A stretch of 64,000 bases of DNA from the NCBI GenBank assembly GCA_964481465.1, contig CAYZTL010000016.1:13553-77552 (forward strand), read 5' to 3'. The notes under the pieces were generated by a model. That model had not been told where the DNA came from and made no database searches. It was given only the letters and a program-made list of their open reading frames with translations. The stretch is from an uncultured Anaerolineales bacterium (lineage in GTDB: Bacteria > Chloroflexota > Anaerolineae > Anaerolineales > UBA11858). How positions within the stretch are numbered: the stretch's first letter is position 1; each line of letters begins with the position of its first letter. Positions 1 through 5,917 of the stretch are shown here, in pieces. The translations under genes were made by a program, and so were the position numbers.

Positions 1-226
1 TGGGTGATGAGGAGAGGGGGTGACAGGGGTGTGGGTGAGATAAGAGGGAGATCGCTTCCCTCCGATACGACTTTCTGCCTGCTCAGGGTAAACGAACTAC
101 GGACTACGTCCTCCTCGCGATGACGGTGATTTCTATGTTCGCTTGATTTCGATACGTTTTCTCACCACATTCGAAAACACTCAATCAGCCCGATTCCCCG
201 CTGACAGCGAGAAGAAAAACGCCGAC

Positions 227-352
227 GGGGACGTCGGCTTGATCAACATTATCCCTGATCTCTGCAGCAGGGATGTCAGCTTGATCCATATTAACTCTGA
301 TCCCTGCAACGGGGACACCGGCTTGGTCACCAAAACACGATCCCTTCGATGT
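227..352. repeat. Three degenerate tandem copies of a ~42-bp unit (227-269, 270-310, 311-352)
   Basis: Read directly: GGGGACGTCGGCTTGATCAACATTATCCCTGATCTCTGCAGCA / GGGATGTCAGCTTGATCCATATTAACTCTGATCCCTGCAAC / GGGGACACCGGCTTGGTCACCAAAACACGATCCCTTCGATGT. Unit junctions form short CCCTG..CAGGG-type hairpins. Lies downstream of gene 417..1340. Confidence 0.6.
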
Positions 353-367
353 CCTCGTCGCAGGGAA

Positions 368-411
368 GAAAATAAACAGACCTTGGAGACTTTCCCTCTT
401 CTCCGCGGTCT
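368..411 (-). terminator. Putative intrinsic terminator of the lipoprotein gene
   Basis: On the minus strand, AGACC-gc-GGAGA-loop-TCTCC-aa-GGTCT (5+5 bp interrupted stem) is followed by GTTTATTTTC. It lies directly after the stop at 417. Confidence 0.5.
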
Positions 412-416
412 AATCT

Positions 417-1340
417 TTACGGATTACCACCCATTCCACAATTGGGTGCGATATGCAGGGTCGCCACAAGGGCATCCAGCTCGAGCAGGGAGGGCACGAA
501 ACTCTCTGGCAGCTGCCCGTCCAGCTGAGCTGCTGTATTGTCGATGTATGTCTCCCAATTATCGTAAAAGGCCTGATCCAGGGTGACAGTACTTGTATCC
601 GGTAAAGAAGGGTGGGAAACGGGCATGATCACGCTTATATAGTAAGCATTATCATCCGTCAAACCCTGGAAGGTGTAGAACATCTCCGGATATCCAATGG
701 GCACCGCTGCCTGCCCATACTGAGAGATATACCGCACCCCGCTCCCGTTTTGGAAATCAAGGTACGCCTCCTGGGCGGCAAAATACTGCATGGCGTTAAA
801 GAAATGGGATACATAAACCTCTGGATCCGCCGGCTGGTTGTCGATGGTGGTCCGGAGATTATCTAACCGCGTCGCCACGTTATCATTCACGTTACGGAAG
901 TCTTGAACGGAAAAGACGCGAATCTGGGGCTCATGGAATGTATTGGAGAGCGGGTAATCGCCGAAAAGGAAGCGAATGTGGTCCGGCGACTGCCAGGGCG
1001 ATTGGGGGTCCATCATCCCAGCAACCTGTTCTATACTGACGGAGCCGATCCAGGACTCATCAAAGGAAAAGCAGATATTTTGATAGACAATGTCCGGCGG
1101 TATTGGAGTTTCCGTAGGTTCCGAGGTGAAGGTGGGAGATGGCTGAGGGGTCTCCGCAGGTTCCGTTGGCTCTTCTTCAACCGCTTGAGCGGTGAGGGTT
1201 TGGGCAACTTTGGTCTGAACAGCACCCTCCGTATCCCCTCCATCATCGTCTTCCTGGGGCATCGAGCAGGCCAGTGAGACAGCAAATAAGACTAAGATAA
1301 CCAAGAGCAAGCGTTGGGTTGATTGGTGTTTTGATTTCAA
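417..1340 (-). CDS. Hypothetical lipoprotein (unknown function)
   Basis: 307-aa ORF with a TTG start preceded by GGGAGG. N-terminus MKSKHQSTQRLLLVILVLFAVSLAC has a lipobox-like SLAC, followed by an acidic Pro/Thr/Glu linker. I recognise no family motif. Confidence 0.7.
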   Translation of the reverse strand: MKSKHQSTQRLLLVILVLFAVSLACSMPQEDDDGGDTEGAVQTKVAQTLTAQAVEEEPTEPAETPQPSPTFTSEPTETPIPPDIVYQNICFSFDESWIGSVSIEQVAGMMDPQSPWQSPDHIRFLFGDYPLSNTFHEPQIRVFSVQDFRNVNDNVATRLDNLRTTIDNQPADPEVYVSHFFNAMQYFAAQEAYLDFQNGSGVRYISQYGQAAVPIGYPEMFYTFQGLTDDNAYYISVIMPVSHPSLPDTSTVTLDQAFYDNWETYIDNTAAQLDGQLPESFVPSLLELDALVATLHIAPNCGMGGNP

Positions 1341-1391
1341 GGTTCCTCCCGTTAGATTTAAGTGTATTATATATCGATTTGGAAGTTTTTT

Positions 1392-1423
1392 AGGGAAGTT
1401 TATACGTTAGAACGTTGAAACGT
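1392..1423 (-). repeat. Array of 8-bp-periodic ACGTT units (read on the minus strand: ACGTTTCA ACGTTCTA ACGTATAA ACTTCCCT)
   Basis: Read directly. Sits 52-83 nt upstream of the lipoprotein start. 25/32 positions match the central part of the array at 5793-5824 by hand alignment. Confidence 0.5.
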
Positions 1424-1485
1424 ATTGGAGGAGTGGGATTGGATGGATCTGTATTGATGTATCCGCATCCAGATGAAGCCGCAGC

Positions 1486-1896
1486 TTAGACATGTTCTGC
1501 TTCTAATTCTTCTTCGCGCTCAATGGCTTCATCTATTTCCACTTGATGGGCCTTATAGAAAGCTAAGGCCTCAGAAACCTGGTTCCTGTGTAGAGCATAT
1601 TCTTCAGCAATCGTCTCCTGGGATTGATTCCAATGGCGATTGGCAACAACAACTGTTTGCACTCGGACTCCGGTTCCCCGGATCACCGGCGTAGGTACGC
1701 CCGAAGCGCCCCTCCGATAGGTAATATGCGGGTAATCGGGATCATCTAAGTTCTGCCTCAGCTCCCCGACTTTTTCCGCAACTGACCACATGATAAATTG
1801 GTTCAAAGAGACCTTTTGCTTTGCAGCCCATTCCTCGGCCTCTTTTTTCAGCTGTTTAGGTAAATTTAGTGGGTAACGCGCCATGCTTCCCTCCAA
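1486..1896 (-). CDS. Antitoxin-like fusion: N-terminal HicB/Arc-type ribbon-helix-helix plus C-terminal DUF433
   Basis: N-terminus YPLNLPKQLKKEAEEWAAKQKVSLNQFIMWSVAEKV is typical of RHH antitoxins. C-terminus GVPTPVIRGTGVRVQTVVVA...SQETIAEEYALHRNQVSEALAFYKAHQVEIDEAI matches the DUF433 pattern (G.P.I.GT..RV...V......eeIaeeY.L...qV.eAL.FY). Confidence 0.7.
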   Translation of the reverse strand: MEGSMARYPLNLPKQLKKEAEEWAAKQKVSLNQFIMWSVAEKVGELRQNLDDPDYPHITYRRGASGVPTPVIRGTGVRVQTVVVANRHWNQSQETIAEEYALHRNQVSEALAFYKAHQVEIDEAIEREEELEAEHV

Positions 1897-1964
1897 AAAT
1901 TAACATCACATATAACATCATATATGATGTATGTATGTTTCTCAAGTTTAGTAATTTATTTGCC

Positions 1965-1990
1965 GGCGGTCCCCACCGCCATGATTTTTT
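1965..1990 (+). terminator. Orphan terminator-like hairpin on the plus strand
   Basis: GGCGGT-cccc-ACCGCC followed by ATGATTTTTTG. No plus-strand gene lies upstream, so its function is unknown. Confidence 0.3.
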
Positions 1991-2115
1991 GTTTATCTCG
2001 TAGATGGCAATAAGGGTTGCACCATTAACTCTTAACTTGATCAATGGCTGGCTATGTTTGCTTGGAGAAATTTAGGTAAAAAATCCCCTCTTCTGACCCC
2101 CTATTCCATAAAATT

Positions 2116-2229
2116 TTACTTATTCTTGCGTTCTTCTTTCCGGTGTTTAAGATAACGCGAAATCCGCATTCCGACAAATGCACCAACAGATCCTGCGATT
2201 ACTAAAATGAGGAAAAGAGACCAATCCAT
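2116..2229 (-). CDS. 37-aa single-TM peptide (MDWSLFLILVIAGSVGAFVGMRISRYLKHRKEERKNK)
   Basis: Hand-translated; too short for the ORF track. Its ATG abuts the TAG stop of ORF 2230..2853 (TAGATG). Hydrophobic helix followed by a basic tail. The only evidence is the ORF and this coupling geometry. Confidence 0.4.
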   Translation of the reverse strand: MDWSLFLILVIAGSVGAFVGMRISRYLKHRKEERKNK

Positions 2230-2853
2230 CTATGTTGATCCTTTGGTTTCTGTTCTTGACCCGGCCCAAGGACGATCAGGCCAGAGCTGATAAGCAAATG
2301 CAAATGCAAACCCAATGGATAATATTATAAACAATGGACCGACTACTAAATATAATCCATTTAATCCTTGAAAACGAGAAGTAAACATCCCTAAATTGGC
2401 ACCTAATGCCCCAGCCACTGGGGCTAAGCTGATGGACAAACCAAGGAGGATCTTTCCCAAGCGGGTTTCCGGCGCTGTCTGTTCCCTCCAAAGCACTTTT
2501 GAAATTTCAGGATATAAAGCCGGCAAGGTCCACGCAAAAAGGTATCCCCCTATCATAGGATAAAGCCAAATGGTTGGTAAGGCATATACCCACGCACGGA
2601 TTCCAATGCTTAATGTTTGCATAGACCATAACGTGCTAACGGTAAATTTTGAAGCCCAATTATAAACCTTCCAATTCCATATTCCAACTAAAATTCCTAC
2701 TAATCCGGTAACAGAACCAAATATGATAGACATTAGATTTTGAGGTGGCAATATAATAATAATCAGCCCAAATCCCCCGAAGCCTAATAACCCAGCTCCG
2801 AGAATCTTCCAAAATGGCCAATCTGCGTGGGGGTGCTTTTGACTCTTATACAT
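2230..2853 (-). CDS. Polytopic membrane protein (~6 TM), unknown family
   Basis: 207-aa ORF with successive hydrophobic segments (LGAGLLGFGGFGLIIIIL, IIFGSVTGLVGILVGIW, etc.). AT-rich like the 3' end of the upstream gene. Confidence 0.7.
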   Translation of the reverse strand: MYKSQKHPHADWPFWKILGAGLLGFGGFGLIIIILPPQNLMSIIFGSVTGLVGILVGIWNWKVYNWASKFTVSTLWSMQTLSIGIRAWVYALPTIWLYPMIGGYLFAWTLPALYPEISKVLWREQTAPETRLGKILLGLSISLAPVAGALGANLGMFTSRFQGLNGLYLVVGPLFIILSIGFAFAFAYQLWPDRPWAGSRTETKGST

Positions 2854-2931
2854 TAGTTATCAACCGAATAGAGTTTTTCTTAAAAAACAGAAAATAAATT
2901 TATCCATATATCGTAATTAGAAAAAACCTGT

Positions 2932-5598
2932 TTATCCACCTCCAAACAAACTACTTACAAAGCTACCAACTGTTTCAGTTGTATTCTTGATTTTCTGGTT
3001 AACAATATTATTCACTTTTTCGATCGATTCATTTGTATTTTTATTAAACGATTTTGCCATTTCTTTCACTTTATCTTTAGCTCTTTGGCTGAGAACATTT
3101 CCAATAACTTTGGCATTGTCTGCTATACCCTTCCAAGCTTTTGCTCCATTCACAACCTTCCTAGACAGTTTTTGAACTCCAACCTCAGCGGCATCAACCG
3201 CTTTGTTCACCTTCTTTTTCAGATAATCTCCAGCTCCCATGAAATCCAGAGCACCTCCGATAAATGTTCCTGCGCCAGCCGTGAATCCAATTGCTCCCCA
3301 CACGGGTAATGTTAGACCAAAAAATGCTGTTAACCCTGCAATAAAAGCCGCCGCAACCAAACCAGTGCCAACAGCCATCACCGTATCTACAGCAGAAGAT
3401 ACTGCAAATTCTTGACTGGCAATTCCCTTGTCTTTGTTCTTACCAAATCCATAATCGATCACATTTCCCGCTAGTGAGGTTACACCTGCTGTGATCCATG
3501 AACCTTTCGACATGGCCCCTGATACTAAATGTCGACCTGTAATTCCTGTAATTGTGGAAGAATTATATCTCGTCCCTTTAAAACCATATTTTTGGAGAAA
3601 ACCACGCCTTGTTCCTATCGGTAAAGAGGGTGCACTGACTGAAACATGACCGGATTTCAGCGTATTAAAGGCCACAGCACGGGCTGTAAGAGCGTTTTTT
3701 ATAGTTTTTACCCAACGTAGTCCTCGCGACACCCATTTACCTTCCAATTCAGGAGTATCTTTGTTCGTGGTTCCAAAGCTCTCCGGATACGGTGTCGCGT
3801 AAGGTTTAGGCATCGGTACCGGCATTGGCCCCGGGGTGGGCGTGGGTGTTGAGGGGGGCGGAGGCGTTTCCTTCCAGCCGGTCTGGACCTTGACGAACTC
3901 GTAGTTGGGCACATTCTCGATCACGATCTCCGTGCCCACCTGGACGCGCTCCTCCTCATATACAGGCACACTCTCGTGGACCGTCTTCCACCCTTCCTGA
4001 AAAGTCCGGAAATCATACACCGGCACGATCTCGTTGACCGTGCGGTAGCCGTCCTGGACCCGCCTTGTCTCAAAGACGGGCACCTTCTTCGTCCTCGTCT
4101 CCACCGCCGTGTAGGGCACAACTCTCGTCCGCTTGACCCGCTTCATCTCCGTCTTCGTCTTCCATCCTACACACACTTTGCGCTTGCCGTACACGGGGAC
4201 ACGCTTCCAGCGGTAGGTCGGCTGCAGGGTCAACCGCCCGTATTTGCGGACCAGCTTCCAGTCCTTGACCCGCTTGTGCTTGTAGTATTTGACGTACTTC
4301 CGCGTGCGGTAGACAGGCACCCTCCTGGTCTCCTTCTTCCACTCATAATAAGGCTCTGTGCGGTAGCGGGTGACCTTGACCTTCTCCGTCACCTTCTTCG
4401 TCCCCACCCGCACCCGCTTCTCCACATACCGCGGCACCCGCCTGGTGACCCTCTTCATCCCCACCTGGATCTTCCTGGTGACGTAGTTGGGCACCCGCCT
4501 GGTGACGACCTTGTACCCCGTCTTGACCTGCTTCGTCTCATAGACAGGGACTTCCTTCTCCACCGTCTTATACCCCCGCTGGACCGCTTTGTACCCATAG
4601 ACCGGCTCGCGGCAAGTGCCCCCTGCCGGGGATCCAGCGCCCAGCCTGCCCCCCAGACCCATCCGACGGGGATCGGACAGCGTCTTGCGTAAGGCGTAAT
4701 AGGTCTCTTTGAGATCCTCCCGGGCCGATTCCCGCCCCACCAGCACGGCCATCATCGACAGGGCCCCGAACAAGCCCATCCAGGGCAGCATGGGGTCCGC
4801 CGCCGCAGGGAGAGGAGATTCCCGGACTACCAACCCTGAATTTCCCTGCAAGCCCCACTGTCTGAGGAATTCAGAAGTGGGCACCGTCCGCGCCCCAAAA
4901 GTGGGGTCGTTGTAGCTCACCCACCCCCCGTCCTCCGAGATCCCGGTCACGGTCACGAAGTGGCCGGGCTTCCCCTGGCCGTTGGCGCCCAGGGCGACCA
5001 CCACAGGGCGACCCTGCTCCAGCTGCTCCCGCAGCTGCGCCAGGGTCCAGCCATGGAACGCCGATGTCCCCCGGTACCCGTGCTCCCGGGCGACGTAGGC
5101 CAGCTCCTCCACACCGGTGCCAACCTCATAGAGCAGACCCGCTTTTCGCAGATCCGCAACCAGGGCAGCGGTCGAAGGAGCTGACCCGCCTTCTCCCCCT
5201 AACTCCGCGTACTCCAGCGCCATCCCCAGGGCCGCCGCCCCGCAGGTCACCTCCCCCGCCTCCTGGTAGCGCTGGGGTACAGCCAGGCTGGGATCAAGGA
5301 GCGTTTTCCTTTCCACCTTCTGGGGAACTACTTCGACGTAATGAGGTGGTTCTGCCAAGAATGGTATGTCGATATCCAAACCTGTGAGCATGCCGGAGGG
5401 GTCGATCTCCCCCTTATCCCCCTCCGACAGCGTCACACGTGTATTTATCCCCACGATCGGCGGCGGCTTCACCGGTTCCGGATCCGACGGCACCTCCCCT
5501 TCTGCATGCACCCGCAGCGGGAAGGCTGCGATCACCAGCAGCAGGGCCAGCACTGCGAGCGCGGCCAGGGCTCGGTACATATTCGCTTGCCTGTTCAT
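2932..5598 (-). CDS. Mosaic membrane/secreted protein: signal peptide, C39-like (papain-fold) peptidase domain, TM, basic ~19-aa repeats, Pro/Thr linker, Gly-rich hydrophobic C-terminal module
   Basis: 888-aa ORF. Signal ...LRVHA/EGE. Peptidase motifs VTCGAAALGMALEY, GHFVTVTG, YNDP. TM LPWMGLFGALSMMAVLVG. See the repeat feature. C-terminal hairpin AVGTGLVAAAFIAGLTAFFGLTLPVWGAIGFTAGAGTFIGG. Confidence 0.8.
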   Translation of the reverse strand: MNRQANMYRALAALAVLALLLVIAAFPLRVHAEGEVPSDPEPVKPPPIVGINTRVTLSEGDKGEIDPSGMLTGLDIDIPFLAEPPHYVEVVPQKVERKTLLDPSLAVPQRYQEAGEVTCGAAALGMALEYAELGGEGGSAPSTAALVADLRKAGLLYEVGTGVEELAYVAREHGYRGTSAFHGWTLAQLREQLEQGRPVVVALGANGQGKPGHFVTVTGISEDGGWVSYNDPTFGARTVPTSEFLRQWGLQGNSGLVVRESPLPAAADPMLPWMGLFGALSMMAVLVGRESAREDLKETYYALRKTLSDPRRMGLGGRLGAGSPAGGTCREPVYGYKAVQRGYKTVEKEVPVYETKQVKTGYKVVTRRVPNYVTRKIQVGMKRVTRRVPRYVEKRVRVGTKKVTEKVKVTRYRTEPYYEWKKETRRVPVYRTRKYVKYYKHKRVKDWKLVRKYGRLTLQPTYRWKRVPVYGKRKVCVGWKTKTEMKRVKRTRVVPYTAVETRTKKVPVFETRRVQDGYRTVNEIVPVYDFRTFQEGWKTVHESVPVYEEERVQVGTEIVIENVPNYEFVKVQTGWKETPPPPSTPTPTPGPMPVPMPKPYATPYPESFGTTNKDTPELEGKWVSRGLRWVKTIKNALTARAVAFNTLKSGHVSVSAPSLPIGTRRGFLQKYGFKGTRYNSSTITGITGRHLVSGAMSKGSWITAGVTSLAGNVIDYGFGKNKDKGIASQEFAVSSAVDTVMAVGTGLVAAAFIAGLTAFFGLTLPVWGAIGFTAGAGTFIGGALDFMGAGDYLKKKVNKAVDAAEVGVQKLSRKVVNGAKAWKGIADNAKVIGNVLSQRAKDKVKEMAKSFNKNTNESIEKVNNIVNQKIKNTTETVGSFVSSLFGGG
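3868..4608 (-). repeat. About 12 in-frame copies of a 19-21-aa V-P-x-Y ... G-(Y/W)-K repeat inside ORF 2932..5598
   Basis: Examples: VPVYETKQVKTGYKVVTRR / VPNYVTRKIQVGMKRVTRR / VPRYVEKRVRVGTKKVTEK ... VPVYDFRTFQEGWKTVHES / VPVYEEERVQVGTEIVIEN / VPNYEFVKVQTGWKE. Confidence 0.75.
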
Positions 5599-5768
5599 GG
5601 GTACTCCTCATCAAAAAGGTGCGACGGAGCCTTGATGAGGACCGGGTTCCGGGTCGTCCTTCGTTGTCCTTTGTCCCCCAGTGTGATGCCACTTCCGCCA
5701 TTCTCTGGGTATGATTCCAGTGTACACAACCCCCTACCCCTTGTCAAGACCCTTTCAAGAGTGTTGCA

Positions 5769-5832
5769 ATGTTTTAATGTTTAAAGGTCCGAACGTTTCA
5801 GCGTTCCAACGTTCAAACATTCCAACATAAAG
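5769..5832 (+). repeat. Eight tandem degenerate 8-bp units (ATGTTTTA ATGTTTAA AGGTCCGA ACGTTTCA GCGTTCCA ACGTTCAA ACATTCCA ACATAAAG)
   Basis: Read directly, in the divergent intergenic region between the 888-aa gene and the oxidoreductase alpha gene, 86-149 nt upstream of the 5918 start. Confidence 0.55.
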
Positions 5833-5917
5833 ATCAGATGACATTTTTCACTACGCCCACCTGCTTTAGTGAGTACAATGAATTTGAGAATCCTCACGAA
5901 ACAGGAGGGATGACTTT

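Noticed and set aside
143-586. 147-aa plus-strand ORF running through the 42-bp repeats
   Set aside because: It overlaps the 3' end of the much better supported minus-strand lipoprotein gene by 170 nt, has no RBS, and its product is low-complexity. The repeat periodicity explains the open frame.
1856-2044. 62-aa minus-strand ORF upstream of, and overlapping, the RHH-DUF433 start
   Set aside because: It overlaps the better-supported gene and lies in very AT-rich DNA where stop-free stretches of this length are unremarkable. No motif or RBS.
3976-4692. 238-aa plus-strand ORF antisense to the 888-aa gene
   Set aside because: Pro/Arg/Leu/His-rich translation typical of the antisense frame of GC-rich coding DNA. 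It lies entirely inside a gene with clear domain content.
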